A stretch of DNA of 64,000 nucleotides from Haliotis cracherodii (GCF_022045235.1 NW_027266343.1:51336001-51400000); one strand, 5' to 3'. Positions 27,007 to 42,908 are shown, counted from the first letter of the stretch. The notes: a model not told the origin generated them from the sequence alone. A program made the numbers and translations.

Positions 27007-27597
27007 ATGATGAAGATAGTCGCCGCTCTTGTTGCCTGCCTGGCTGTTACCGCCTTTGCCGAGCCTACCGGTCTGTATGGTGGAATTGGCGGGTTGAAAG
27101 GAGGACTGGGCGGAATTGGCTACGGAATGGGTGGATTGTACGGAGGCCTTGGAGGTCTGTACGGAGGCTATGGAGGTCTGTACGGAGGCATGGGAGGTCT
27201 ATACGGAGGCGTGGGAGGTCTATACGGAGGCATGGGAGGTCTATACGGAGGCATGGGAGGTCTGTACGGAGGACTTGGAGGCTATGGTGGTCTCTACGGC
27301 GGAATTGGAGGATACGGAATGGGATTGGGAAAAGGTATTTCACAAAATATGATATCATTTGTTTATCGTATCCCACTTTCAGTCTCGTTTGCAAAATTAT
27401 ATAACTTACCTATGTGGTATTATTATTTACGCGACAAAGCTGATGACATTTACAAAATATCTTTAAAATTATTCTCTGCTTTCTCTAATATTTGGTTTAG
27501 CTTATCATGCAGCTAGTTTCAAGACTTCGTTGTGACTTATCCATATATCCCAACTTTATTTTACTATTTTTTTGTTTCAGGTATCGGCTATTATTGA
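27007..27597 (+). CDS. GGLYGGX-repeat secreted protein, copy 7; join(27007..27334,27581..27597), 114 aa
   Basis: Same protein; splice sites intact. Confidence 0.92.
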
Positions 27598-30500
27598 TTT
27601 TTTATCACCTGCAGTGTGATGTTGGCTATCTATGTATATTCGCAAACCAATGGAATTGGTTCAATAAAATCTTGTCATATTTATTTACGCCTTGAAATTT
27701 GTTTGAGAACCTGAAAACTGAATTGAATGTTCACAATGGAAGAGGGATCTATGTTTCTCCATATTGTAAACTCTGGACATAGTACGTGTTGTAGACCAAT
27801 ATCCAAGCACTTAAATGATATTGCGTTTTACTTCAAGCTAAGATATCAACTACTGAAATGTGTATTAAGTTCCTGAGGAAACCGGACATGATGATAAGAG
27901 GAGGGATTTTATGCTTGATATATCTCCCACAAAATGTCACTTACCCGAGTTCATGTTTCAGGGGAATGTATCATTTGGGCTGCCACGAAAGGGTTTGATG
28001 GCCATTTGAAGTACCATAATATCTGGAATTGGCTGGCTGTATTTCAATTTGCATTTTAAAAACAAGCAGCGAAACAAATAAGCAGGAGTATCAATTTTGG
28101 TCAAAGCGTTCATTAACGGGATCAAGGGGTAGACAGTGTGCACTGTATTGAAATGCAAATGTGTGTGCTGGCCTTGAAAATGAGCGAAAGTTGTAGAAAG
28201 AATACAATCTACATGTTGTTATGGTGCTCTGTATAAATAATATCTGAGCTGCTGCAATGAAACAGCGAAAGCCATGGTGATGTAGAGCATCAAAACAAAT
28301 GTTGCAAGATTCTTACTGCTTTGGTTAGAAGGGAATGCATACAGTTGGAATTTCCATGACAGTAACATATCTTTACAGTTTATTGATAACACAAACAAAA
28401 CGATTGAATTCAAAAGTAACTATTAAATACGCTTGTCCGGGTGTAGCTTATCAAACTACAAATTATTTGTAATTTCCATCAAACATGTACTTCTTGGTTT
28501 GATGATGCAATTTAACATTTTGCATACTGCTTATGTAATTAATAGGAGAAGTATCTATATAGATATTTAGTTGTGTGTTTACTAACGACCTTCCCTGTAG
28601 GCGCTATTTGTAGAATACATATTGATTAAATCAGACCGCGAATTTTAAGATTCCGAACTGGATTGGTAGGATTGAAGATTACAATAAACAAACAAATAGC
28701 TAATATATCCCTTTTGTTGGATTACAACGCAAAAGTGACAATCATTTATCAATACAAAGGAGATTGCATTTGGTAACTGTAGAGAGTTATGTTTAGCTGA
28801 ATAAATGGTCCAACTTTAAAGCTTGTCATAAGTCTTTATAACAACAACCAGACTGTAAAAACAAGTCGTTTGATCATGTCTATCTTTGAAAACACCTTTG
28901 TGTTATACTTTAAGAGCATTTTCTTCTGAAAACACACGTCTTTACTTTTAGATGTACGGTTTTTCTGGGAAACCCTTATACACTTACACATTGTCAAACT
29001 GATTTGCGCGTGTTTTATTCTTGGTATGAGTTTTGGTTTAAACACGCCTTAAAAGAACACAGTCATCACTGTCACTACTGCTTCATCATGTCAAGGGCAT
29101 ACTTAAAGGGTAGAGGCGATTTATATACTTTCTTCTTTCTTCTAATGTTTAGAACCAAAGACTCACCCGAAGATTAAAACATGTTAAAGTGAGTTATTTG
29201 CAAGAGTGATTAAGTATATATGCAAATGTATGAATGGCTGAGACATTGTCAAAAGACAACATTCTCCCAATATGGCACACGATGGAACTGACGGAGGAGC
29301 TCATGAAACACCCAACAAATATATACAAATATAAACTATTCATTAACACCTGGTGACATCATTGATATTCAGTATATGTTTTAGTACAATCTTGCCTTTT
29401 ACAACCAATGAAATCTGTTTCAGCAGATAATGGAGCCTGATTATTCTCCGGCGTTGACGATTTATGTAGTTAAAGGGTCATCATTGAATGATTATTATAT
29501 CAATATTCAGGCGTTATCTATAGAAATTGAGATAACAAATTTAGTGATGCTCGTATTATTACAAATGCCTTGATAATGAAGTGTACAATTATCAAGATGA
29601 TATGTTGAAAATAAGAGAATTCTCTCAAGAAACGCAGTTGCAAATAAAAGCCACATAACCCTTTTCAGAATCATTCGAAACCTCTGCTCGAAGCAAAGAC
29701 CATTGTACGATTTCGACTTTAATGATCACACGCATCTGCGCATGAAAGACTACCAGATAGTGATGATACCTGGCGGTTGCCAAAAAGTAAGCGTATCCTG
29801 CCCCAACGGTTCCTCCGTCACAAACACATACAAAGACAAGTCAACAAAGACGAGAAAACAAGCTGTTGTTCATATGTCAATCATGTTTTCAGAAGACATT
29901 GGTGTACTTTAGGCTTTTAACAGATATTACACGCATAAAAAGGTGTGGTGAGTATTCATAGTGACAGTCCCTTTGTGAGAAGAAACCAATATATGTACCT
30001 ATCAGTCAGGAAATAAAGCTGTTGTAGTTTATTGTTATTGTACAGTAAGATAAATAAAATTCGGAGAGAATAATGTAGTATCTGGGGACTTCTGCAGTAT
30101 ATTCAGCAGAAGCTATTTTCTTGTGAGCAGGCTGCTGTATTACACGGAAACGGTTAGCATAGTTGACCCCGTGTGGTACAGCGCTACTGCTGTACTGTGG
30201 TGGGGCTGTACTAGTGTGTTGCGTCAGTTTTCTGGTCTCTTGTTATGTCGTATCACACAGATGCATTATAATGTATGATGTATGTTGCTCCCTCATCATA
30301 CATATACTGGATACACACTTGTCAGACCGTTATCGAATATTTACTTGATATAGGTTAAACGTTGAGTATCGAGGACTGTTCGAATGCATTGAGACGATGC
30401 CAGAGAGAGTGTGTCTGTTTGCCACCTTTATATACGTTGTCTTGTACTTCCTTAATCGATGTTCATGTATACCAGCTCGCATGTGTACCCGTAGGGTGAT

Positions 30501-30992
30501 AACCTCGGGCCCTTTGATGCGAAATGAATGCTTATTTTACACCATTAAACTGAGGTGCGTTACTTACCTGGAAGTGGCCAGCCCAAGGTAAATCAATCAC
30601 GTATAATTCACAAATGGTATATATAAAGGATGGGGGAAACTGTTCCATCATCTCTTATTTTCACCTGCCGTTCAGACACAGATACGAGTCAAGACCAAAC
30701 TGTAAGTACTATTTTAAGGTTTGCTTTTGATATATATGTATACTTTTAATGTTTGATTCATCTGCTGCCCATCTGGCTGTTTTCAATCTTTATGTTGAGC
30801 CAATTCATAAAAGTACAAATATGTAACATAAAACGTTCTTGTAAATTGGGAAATATATGAATGCAGGTGAAAGTAAAACTGATAACATAATTCACAATGA
30901 GTGGTGTGAACTGAATTTACCAGATGAGTAACGATAACATGCTATTTCCCTTTCTTAACAAAGATTTTCACGTTACTCAATAGATACTCAAA

Positions 30993-31562
30993 ATGATGAA
31001 GATAGTCTCCGCTCTTGTTGCCTGCCTGGCTGTTACCGCCTTTGCCGAGCCTACCGGTCTGTATGGTGGAATTGGCGGGTTGAAAGGAGGACTGGGCGGA
31101 ATTGGCTACGGAATGGGTGGATTGTACGGAGGCTATGGAGGTCTGTACGGAGGCTATGGAGGTCTATACGGAGGCGTGGGAGGTCTATACGGAGGCATGG
31201 GAGGTCTATACGGAGGCATGGGAGGTCTGTACGGAGGACTTGGAGGCTATGGTGGTCTCTACGGCGGAATTGGAGGATACGGAATGGGATTGGGAAAAGG
31301 TATTTCACAAAATATGATATCATTTGTTTATCGTATCCCACTTTCAGTCTCGTTTGCAAAATTATATAACTTACCTATGTGGTATTATTATTTACGCGAC
31401 AAAGCTGATGACATTTACAAAATATCTTTAAAATTATTCTCTGCTTTCTCTAATATTTGGTTTAGCTTATCATGCAGCTAGTTTCAAGACTTCGTTGTGA
31501 CTTATCCATATATCCCAACTTTATTCTACTATTTTTTTGTTTCAGGTATCGGCTATTATTGA
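30993..31562 (+). CDS. GGLYGGX-repeat secreted protein, copy 8 (short variant); join(30993..31299,31546..31562), 107 aa
   Basis: In-frame 21-nt loss; X=Y,Y,V,M,M,L; A6S in the signal peptide. Confidence 0.92.
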
Positions 31563-34500
31563 TTTTTTATCACCTGCAGTGTGATGTTGGCTATCTATGT
31601 ATATTCGCAAACCAATGGAATTGGTTCAATAAAATCTTGTCATATTTATTTACGCCTTGAAATTTGTTTGAGAACCTGAAAACTGAATTGAATGTTCACA
31701 ATGGAAGAGGGATCTATGTTTCTCCATATTGTAAACTCTGGACATAGTACGTGTTGTAGACCAATATCCAAGCACTTAAATGATATTGCGTTTTACTTCA
31801 AGCTAAGATATCAACTACTGAAATGTGTATTAAGTTCCTGAGGAAACCGGACATGATGATAAGAGGAGGGATTTTATGCTTGATATATCTCCCACAAAAT
31901 GTCACTTACCCGAGTTCATGTTTCAGGGGAATGTATCATTTGGGCTGCCACGAAAGGGTTTGATGGCCATTTGAAGTACCATAATATCTGGAATTGGCTG
32001 GCTGTATTTCAATTTGCATTTTAAAAACAAGCAGCGAAACAAATAAGCAGGAGTATCAATTTTGGTCAAAGCGTTCATTAACGGGATCAAGGGGTAGACA
32101 GTGTGCACTGTATTGAAATGCAAATGTGTGTGCTGGCCTTGAAAATGAGCGAAAGTTGTAGAAAGAATACAATCTACATGTTGTTATGGTGCTCTGTATA
32201 AATAATATCTGAGCTGCTGCAATGAAACAGCGAAAGCCATGGTGATGTAGAGCATCAAAACAAATGTTGCAAGATTCTTACTGCTTTGGTTAGAAGGGAA
32301 TGCATACAGTTGGAATTTCCATGACAGTAACATATCTTTACAGTTTATTGATAACACAAACAAAACGATTGAATTCAAAAGTAACTATTAAATACGCTTG
32401 TCCGGGTGTAGCTTATCAAACTACAAATTATTTGTAATTTCCATCAAACATGTACTTCTTGGTTTGATGATGCAATTTAACATTTTGCATACTGCTTATG
32501 TAATTAATAGGAGAAGTATCTATATAGATATTTAGTTGTGTGTTTACTAACGACCTTCCCTGTAGGCGCTATTTGTAGAATACATATTGATTAAATCAGA
32601 CCGCGAATTTTAAGATTCCGAACTGGATTGGTAGGATTGAAGATTACAATAAACAAACAAATAGCTAATATATCCCTTTTGTTGGATTACAACGCAAAAG
32701 TGACAATCATTTATCAATACAAAGGAGATAGCATTTGGTAACTGTAGAGAGTTATGTTTAGCTGAATAAATGGTCCAACTTTAAAGCTTGTCATAAGTCT
32801 TTATAACAACAACCAGACTGTAAAAACAAGTCGTTTGATCATGTCTATCTTTGAAAACACCTTTGTGTTATACTTTAAGAGCATTTTCTTCTGAAAACAC
32901 ACGTCTTTACTTTTAGATGTACGGTTTTTCTGGGAAACCCTTATACACTTACACATTGTCAAACTGATTTGGGCGTGTTTTATTCTTGGTATGAGTTTTG
33001 GTTTAAACACGCCTTAAAAGAACACAGTCATCACTGTCACTACTGCTTCATCATGTCAAGGGCATACTTAAAGGGTAGAGGCGATTTATATACTTTCTTC
33101 TTTCTTCTAATGTTTAGAACCAAAGACTCACCCGAAGATTAAAACATGTTAAAGTGAGTTATTTGCAAGAGTGATTAAGTATATATGCAAATGTATGAAT
33201 GGCTGAGACATTGTCAAAAGACAACATTCTCCCAATATGGCACACGATGGAACTGACGGAGGAGCTCATGAAACACCCAACAAATATATACAAATATAAA
33301 CTATTCATTAACACCTGGTGACATCATTGATATTCAGTATATGTTTTAGTACAATCTTGCCTTTTACAACCAATGAAATCTGTTTCAGCAGATAATGGAG
33401 CCTGATTTTTCTCTGGCCTTGACGATTTATGTAGTTAAAGGGTCATCATTGAATGATTATTATATCAATATTCAGGCGTTATTTATAGAAATTGAGATAA
33501 CAAATTTAGTGATGCTCGTATTATTACAAATGCCTTGATAATGAAGTGTACAATTATCAAGATGATATGTTGAAAATAAGAGAATTCTCTCAAGAAACGC
33601 AGTTGCAAATAAAAGCCACATAACCCTTTTCAGAATCATTCGAAACCTCTGCTCGAAGCAAAGACCATTGTACGATTTCGACTTTAATGATCACACGCAT
33701 CTGCGTATGAAAGACTACCAGATAGTGATGATACCTGGCGGTTGCCAAAAAGTAAGCGTATCCTGCCCCAACGGTTCCTCCGTCACAAACACATACAAAG
33801 ACAAGTCAACAAAGACGAGAAAACAAGCTGTTGTTCATATGTCAATCATGTTTTCAGAAGACATTGGTGTACTTTAGGCTTTTAACAGATATTACACGCA
33901 TAAAAAGGTGTGGTGAGTATTCATAGTGACAGTCCCTTTGTGAAAAGAAACCAATATATGTACCTATCAGTCAGGAAATAAAGCTGTTGTAGTTTATTGT
34001 TATTGTACAGTAAGATAAATAAAATTCGGAGAGAATAATGTAGTATCTGGGGACTTCTGCAGTATATTCAGCAGAAGCTATTTTCTTGTGAGCAGGCTGC
34101 TGTATTACACGGAAACGGTTAGCATAGATGACCCCGTGTGGTACAGTGCTACTGCTGTACTGTGGTGGGGCTGTACTAGTGTGTTGCGTCAGTTTTCTGG
34201 TCTCTTGTTATGTCGTATCACACAGATGCATTATAATGTCTGATGTATGTTGCTCCCTCATCATACATCTACTGGATACACACTTGTCAGACCGTTATCG
34301 AATATTTACTTGATATAGGTTAAACGTTGAGTATCGAGGACTGTTCGAATGCATTGAGACGATGCCAGAGAGAGTGTGTCTGTTTGCCACCTTTATATAC
34401 GTTGTCTTGTACTTCCTTAATCGATGTTCATGTATACCAGCTCGCATGTGTACCCGTAGGGTGATAACCTCGGGCCCTTTGATGCGAAATGAATGCTTAT

Positions 34501-34957
34501 TTTACACCATTAAACTGAGGTGCGTTACTTACCTGGAAGTGGCCAGCCCAAGGTAAATCAATCACGTATAATTCACAAATGGTATATATAAAGGATGGGG
34601 GAAACTGTTCCATCATCTCTTATTTTCACCTGCCGTTCAGACACAGATACGAGTCAAGACCAAACTGTAAGTACTATTTTAAGGTTTGCTTTTGATATAT
34701 ATGTATACTTTTAATGTTTGATTCATCTGCTGCCCATCTGGCTGTTTTCAATCTTTATGTTGAGCCAATTCATAAAAGTACAAATATGTAACATAAAACG
34801 TTCTTGTAAATTGGGAAATATATGAATGCAGGTGAAAGTAAAACTGATAACATAATTCACAATGAGTGGTGTGAACTGAATTTACCAGATGAGTAACGAT
34901 AACATGCTATTTCCCTTTCTTAACAAAGATTTTCACGTTACTCAATAGATACTCAAA

Positions 34958-35527
34958 ATGATGAAGATAGTCGCCGCTCTTGTTGCCTGCCTGGCTGTTA
35001 CCGCCTTTGCCGAGCCTACCGGTCTGTATGGTGGAATTGGCGGGTTGAAAGGAGGACTGGGCGGAATTGGCTACGGAATGGGTGGATTGTACGGAGGCCT
35101 TGGAGGTCTGTACGGAGGCTATGGAGGTCTATACGGAGGCGTGGGAGGTCTATACGGAGGCATGGGAGGTCTATACGGAGGCATGGGAGGTCTGTACGGA
35201 GGACTTGGAGGCTATGGTGGTCTCTACGGCGGAATTGGAGGATACGGAATGGGATTGGGAAAAGGTATTTCACAAAATATGATATCATTTGTTTATCGTA
35301 TCCCACTTTCAGTCTCGTTTGCAAAATTATATAACTTACCTATGTGGTATTATTATTTACGCGACAAAGCTGATGACATTTACAAAACATCTTTAAAATT
35401 ATTCTCTGCTTTCTCTAATATTTGGTTTAGCTTATCATGCAGCTAGTTTCAAGACTTCGTTGTGACTTATCCATATATCCCAACTTTATTCTACTATTTT
35501 TTTGTTTCAGGTATCGGCTATTATTGA
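34958..35527 (+). CDS. GGLYGGX-repeat secreted protein, copy 9 (short variant); join(34958..35264,35511..35527), 107 aa
   Basis: In-frame 21-nt loss; X=L,Y,V,M,M,L. Confidence 0.92.
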
Positions 35528-38500
35528 TTTTTTATCACCTGCAGTGTGATGTTGGCTATCTATGTATATTCGCAAACCAATGGAATTGGTTCAATAAAAT
35601 CTTGTCATATTTATTTACGCCTTGAAATTTGTTTGAGAACCTGAAAACTGAATTGAATGTTCACAATGGAAGAGGGATCTATGTTTCTCCATATTGTAAA
35701 CTCTGGACATAGTACGTGTTGTAGACCAATATCCAAGCACTTAAATGATATTGCGTTTTACTTCAAGCTAAGATATCAACTACTGAAATGTGTATTAAGT
35801 TCCTGAGGAAACCGGACATGATGATAAGAGGAGGGATTTTATGCTTGATATATCTCCCACAAAATGTCACTTACCCGAGTTCATGTTTCAGGGGAATGTA
35901 TCATTTGGGCTGCCACGAAAGGGTTTGATGGCCATTTGAAGTACCATAATATCTGGAATTGGCTGGCTGTATTTCAATTTGCATTTTAAAAACAAGCAGC
36001 GAAACAAATAAGCAGGAGTATCAATTTTGGTCAAAGCGTTCATTAACGGGATCAAGGGGTAGACAGTGTGCACTGTATTGAAATGCAAATGTGTGTGCTG
36101 GCCTTGAAAATGAGCGAAAGTTGTAGAAAGAATACAATCTACATGTTGTTATGGTGCTTTGTATAAATAATATCTGAGCTGCTGCAATGAAACAGCGAAA
36201 GCCATGGTGATGTAGAGCATCAAAACAAATGTTGCAAGATTCTTACTGCTTTGGTTAGAAGGGAATGCATACAGTTGGAATTTCCATGACAGTAACATAT
36301 CTTTACAGTTTATTAATAACACAAACAAAACGATTGAATTCAAAAGTAACTATTAAATACGCTTGTCCGGGTGTAGCTTATCAAACTACAAATTATTTGT
36401 AATTTCCATCAAACATGTACTTCTTGATTTGATGATGCAATTTAACATTTTGCATACTGCTTATGTAATTAATAGGAGAAGTATCTATATAGATATTTAG
36501 TTGTGTGTTTACTAACGACCTTCCCTGTAGGCGCTATTTGTAGAATACATATTGATTAAATCAGACCGCGAATTTTAAGATTCCGAACTGGATTGGTAGG
36601 ATTGAAGATTACAATAAACAAACAAATAGCTAATATATCCCTTTTGTTGGATTACAACGCAAAAGTGACAATCATTTATCAATACAAAGGAGATAGCATT
36701 TGGTAACTGTAGAGAGTTATGTTTAGCTGAATAAATGGTCCAACTTTAAAGCTTGTCATAAGTCTTTATAACAACAACCAGACTGTAAAAACAAGTCGTT
36801 TGATCATGTCTATCTTTGAAAACACCTTTGTGTTATACTTTAAGAGCATTTTCTTCTGAAAACACACGTCTTTACTTTTAGATGTACGTTTTTCTGGGAA
36901 ACCCTTATACACTTACACATTGTCAAACTGATTTGGGCGTGTTTTATTCTTGGTATGAGTTTTGGTTTAAACACGCCTTAAAAGAACACAGTCATCACTG
37001 TCACTACTGCTTCATCATGTCAAGGGCATACTTAAAGGGTAGAGGCGATTGATATACTTTCTTCTTTCTTCTAATGTTTAGAACCAAAGACTCACCCGAA
37101 GATTAAAACATGTTAAAGTGAGTTATTTGCAACAGTGATTAAGTATATATGCAAATGTATGAATGGCTGAGACATTGTCAAAAGACAACATTCTCCCAAT
37201 ATGGCACACGATGGAACTGACGGAGGAGCTCATGAAACACCCAACAAATATATACAAATATAAACTATTCATTAACACCTGGTGACATCATTGATATTCA
37301 GTATATGTTTTAGTACAATCTTGCCTTTTACAACCAATGAAATCTGTTTCAGCAGATAATGGAGCCTGATTATTCTCCGGCGTTGACGATTTATGTACTT
37401 AAAGGATCATCATTGAATGATTATTATATCAATATTCAGGCGTTATTTATAGAAATTGAGATAACAAATTTAGTGATGCTCGTATTATTACAAATGCCTT
37501 GATAATGAAGTGTACAATTATCAAGATGATATGTTGAAAATAAGAGAATTCTCTCAAGAAACGCAGTTGCAAATAAAAGCCACATAACCCTTTTCAGAAT
37601 CATTCGAAACCTCTGCTCGAAGCAAAGACCATTGTACGATTTCGACTTTAATGATCACACGCATCTGCGTATGAAAGACTACCAGATAGTGATGATACCT
37701 GGCGGTTGCCAAAAAGTAAGCGTATCCTGCCCCAACGGTTCCTCCGTCACAAACACATACAAAGACAAGTCAACAAAGACGAGAAAACAAGCTGTTGTTC
37801 ATATGTCAATCATGTTTTCAGAAGACATTGGTGTACTTTAGGCTTTTAACAGATATTACACGCATAAAAAGGTGTGGTGAGTATTCATAGTGACAGTCCC
37901 TTTGTGAGAAGAAACCAATATATGTACCTATCAGTCAGGAAATAAAGCTGTTGTAGTTTATTGTTATTGTACAGTAAGATAAATAAAATTCGGAGAGAAT
38001 AATGTAGTATCTGGGGACTTCTGCAGTATATTCAGCAGAAGCTATTTTCTTGTGAGCAGGCTGCTGTATTACACGGAAACGGTTAGCATAGTTGACCCCG
38101 TGTGGTACAGTGCTACTGCTGTACTGTGGTGGGGCTGTACTAGTGTGTTGCGTCAGTTTTCTGGTCTCTTGTTATGTCGTATCACACAGATGCATTATAA
38201 TGTATGATGTATGTTGCTCCCTCATCATACATATACTGGATACACACTTGTCAGACCGTTATCGAATATTTACTTGATATAGGTTAAACGTTGAGTATCG
38301 AGGACTGTTCGAATGCATTGAGACGATGCCAGAGAGAGTGTGTCTGTTTGCCACCTTTATATACGTTGTCTTGTACTTCCTTAATCGATGTTCATGTATA
38401 CCAGCTCGTATGTGTACCCGTAGGGTGATAACCTCGGGCCCTTTGATGCGAAATGAATGCTTATTTTACACCATTAAACTGAGGTGCGTTACTTACCTGG

Positions 38501-38921
38501 AAGTGGCCAGCCCAAGGTAAATCAATCACGTATAATTCACAAATGGTATATATAAAGGATGGGGGAAACTGTTCCATCATTTCTTATTTCCACCTGCCGT
38601 TCAGACACAGATACGAGTCAAGACCAAACTGTAAGTACTATTTTAAGGTTTGCTTTTGATATATATGTATACTTTTAATGTTTGATTCATCTGCTGCCCA
38701 TCTGGCTGTTTTCAATCTTTATGTTGAGCCAATTCATAAAAGTACAAATATGTAACATAAAACGTTCTTGTAGATTGGGAAATATATGAATGCAGGTGAA
38801 AGTAAAACTGATAACATAATTCACAATGAGTGGTGTGAACTGAATTTACCAGATGAGTAACGATAACATGCTATTTCCCTTTCTTGACAACGATTTTCAC
38901 GTTACTCAATAGATACTCAAA

Positions 38922-39512
38922 ATGATGAAGATAGTCGCCGCTCTTGTTGCCTGCCTGGCTGTTACCGCCTTTGCCGAGCCTACCGGTCTGTATGGTGGAA
39001 TTGGCGGGTTGAAAGGAGGACTGGGCGGAATTGGCTACGGAATGGGTGGATTGTACGGAGGCCTTGGAGGTCTGTACGGAGGCCTTGGAGGTCTGTACGG
39101 AGGCATGGGAGGTCTATACGGAGGCGTGGGAGGTCTATACGGAGGCATGGGAGGTCTATACGGAGGCATGGGAGGTCTGTACGGAGGACTTGGAGGCTAT
39201 GGTGGTCTCTACGGCGGAATTGGAGGATACGGAATGGGATTGGGAAAAGGTATTTCACAAAATATGATATCATTTGTTTATCGTATCCCACTTTCAGTCT
39301 CGTTTGCAAAATTATATAACTTACCTATGGGGTGTTTTTATTTACGCGACAAAGCTGATGACATTTACAAAACATCTTTAAAATTATTCTCTGCTTTCTC
39401 TAATATTTGGTTTAGCTTATCATGCAGCTAGTTTCAAGACTTCGTTGTGACTTATCCATATATCCCAACTTTATTCTACTATTTTTATGTTTCAGGTATC
39501 GGCTATTATTGA
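38922..39512 (+). CDS. GGLYGGX-repeat secreted protein, copy 10; join(38922..39249,39496..39512), 114 aa
   Basis: X=L,L,M,V,M,M,L (TAT replaced by CTT in repeat 2). Confidence 0.92.
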
Positions 39513-42500
39513 GTTATTATCACCTGCAGTGTGATGTTGGCTATCTATGTATATTCGCAAACCAATGGAATTGGTTCAATAAAATCTTGTCATATTTATT
39601 TACGCCTTGAAATTTGTTTGAGAACCTGAAAACTGAATTGAATGTTCACAATGGAAGAGGGATCTATGTTTCTCCATATTGTAAACTCTGGACATAGTAC
39701 GTGTTGTAGACCAATATCCAAGCACTTAAATGATATTGCGTTTTACTTCAAGTTAAGATATCAACTACTGAAATGTGTATTAAGTTCCTGAGGAAACCGG
39801 ACATGATGATAAGAGGAGGGATTTTATGCTTGATATATCTCCCACAAAATGTCACTTACCCGAGTTCATGTTTCAGGGGAATGTATCATTTGGGCTGCCA
39901 CGAAAGGGTTTGATGGCCATTTGAAGTACCATAATATCTGGAATTGGCTGGCTGTATTTCAATTTGCATTTTAAAAACAAGCAGCGAAACAAATAAGCAG
40001 GAGTATCAATTTTGGTCAAAGCGTTCATTAACGGGATCAAGGGGTAGACAGTGTGCACTGTATTGAAATGCAAATGTGTGTGCTGGCCTTGAAAATGAGC
40101 GAAAGTTGTAGAAAGAATACAATCTACATGTTGTTATGGTGCTTTGTATAAATAATATCTGAGCTGCTGCAATGAAACAGCGAAAGCCATGGTAATGTAG
40201 AGCATCAAAACAAATGTTGCAAGATTCTTACTGCTTTGGTTAGAAGGGAATGCATACAGTTGGAATTTCCATGACAGTAACATATCTTTACAGTTTATCA
40301 ATAACACAAACAAAACGATTGAATTCAAAAGTAACTATTAAATACGCTTGTCCGGGTGTAGCTTATCAAACTACAAATTATTTGTAATTTCCGTCAAACA
40401 TGTACTTCTTGATTTGATGATGCAATTTAACATTTTGCATACTGCTTATGTAATTAATAGGAGAAGTATCTATATAGATATTTAGTTGTGTGTTTACTAA
40501 CGACCTTCCCTGTAGGCGCTATTTGTAGAATACATATTGATTAAATCAGACCGCGAATTTTAAGATTCCGAACTGGATTGGTAGGATTGAAGATTACAAT
40601 AAACAAACAAATAGCTAATATATCCCTTTTGTTGGATTACAACGCAAAAGTGACAATCATTTATCAATACAAAGGAGATAGCATTTGGTAACTGTAGAGA
40701 GTTATGTTTAGCTGAATAAATGGTCCAACTTTAAAGCTTGTCATAAGTCTTTATAACAACAACCAGACTGTAAAAACAAGTCGTTTGATCATGTCTATCT
40801 TTGAAAACACCTTTGTGTTATACTTTAAGAGCATTTTCTTCTGAAAACACACGTCTTTACTTTTAGATGTACGGTTTTTCTGGGAAACCCTTATACACTT
40901 ACACATTGTCAAACTGATTTGCGCGTGTTTTATTCTTGGTATGAGTTTTGGTTTAAACACGCCTTAAAAGAACACAGTCATCACTGTCACTACTGCTTCA
41001 TCATGTCAAGGGCATACTTAAAGGGTAGAGGCGATTTATATACTTTCTTCTTTCTTCTAATGTTTAGAACCAAAGACTCACCCGAAGATTAAAACATGTT
41101 AAAGTGAGTTATTTGCAACAGTGATTAAGTATATATGCAAATGTATGAATGGCTGAGACATTGTCAAAAGACAACATTCTCCCAATATGGCACACGATGG
41201 AACTGACGGAGGAGCTCATGAAACACCCAACAAATATATACAAATATAAACTATTCATTAACACCTGGTGACATCATTGATATTCAGTATATGTTTTAGT
41301 ACAATCTTGCCTTTTACAACCAATGAAATCTGTTTCAGCAGATAATGGAGCCTGATTATTCTCTGGCGTTGACGATTTATGTAGTTAAAGGGTCATCATT
41401 GAATGATTATTATATCAATATTCAGGCGTTATCTATAGAAATTGAGATAACAAATTTAGTGATGCTCGTATTATTACAAATGCCTTGATAATGAAGTGTA
41501 CAATTATCAAGATGATATGTTGAAAATAAGAGAATTCTCTCAAGAAACGCAGTTGCAAATAAAAGCCACATAACCCTTTTCAGAATCATTCGAAACCTCT
41601 GCTCGAAGCAAAGATCATTGTACGATTTCGACTTTAATGATCACACGCATGTGCGTATGAAAGACTACCAGTTAGTGATGATACCTGGCGGTTGCCAAAA
41701 AGTAAACGTATCCTGCCCCAACGGTTCCTCCGTCACAAACACATACAAAGACAAGTCAACAAAGACGAGAAAACAAGCTGTTGTTCATATGTCAATCATG
41801 TTTTCAGAAGACATTGGTGTACTTTAGGCTTTTTAACAGATATTACACGCATAAAAAGGTGTGGTGAGTATTGATAGTGACAGTCCTTTTGTGAGAAGAA
41901 ACCAATATATGTACCTATCAGTCAGGAAATAAAGCTGTTGTAGTTTATTGTTATTGTACAGTAAGATAAATAAAATTCGGAGAGAATAATGTAGTATCTG
42001 GGGACTTCTGCAGTATATTCAGCAGAAGCTATTTTCTTGTGAGCAGGCTGCTGTATTACACGGAATCGGTTAGCATAGTTGACCCCGTGTGGTACAGTGC
42101 TACTGCTGTACTGTGGTGGGGCTGTACTAGTGTGTTGCGTCAGTTTTCTGGTCTCCTGTTATGTCGTATCACACAGATGCATTATAATGTATGATGTATG
42201 TTGCTCCCTCATCATACATATACTGGATACACACTTGTCAGACCGTTATCGAATATTTACTTGATATAGGTTAAACGTTGAGTATCGAGGACTGTTCGAA
42301 TGCATTTAGACGATGCCAGAGAGAGTGTGTCTGTTTGCCACCTTTATATACGTTGTCTTGTACTTCCTTAATCGATGTTCATGTATACCAGCTCGCATGT
42401 GTACCCGTAGGGTGATAACCTCGGGCCCTTTGATGCGAAATGAATGCTTATTTTACACCATTTAACTGAGGTGCGTTACTTACCTGGAAGTGGCCAGCCC

Positions 42501-42908
42501 AAGGTAAATCAATCACGTATAATTCACAAATGGTATATATAAAGGATGGGGGAAACTGTTCCATCATCTCTTATTTTCACCTGCCGTTCAGACACAGATA
42601 CGAGTCAAGACCAAACTGTAAGTACTATTTTAAGGTTTGCTTTTGATATATATGTATACTTTTAATGTTTGATTCATCTGCTGCCCATCAGGCTGTTTTC
42701 AATCTTTATGTTGAGCCAATTCATAAAAGTACAAATATGTAACATAAAACGTTCTTGTAGATTGGGAAATATATGAATGCAGGTGAAAGTAAAACTGATA
42801 ACATAATTTACAATGAGTGGTGTGAACTGAATTTACCAGATGAGTACGGATAACATGCTATTTCCCTTTCTTGACAACGATTTTCACGTTACTCAATAGA
42901 TACTCAAA

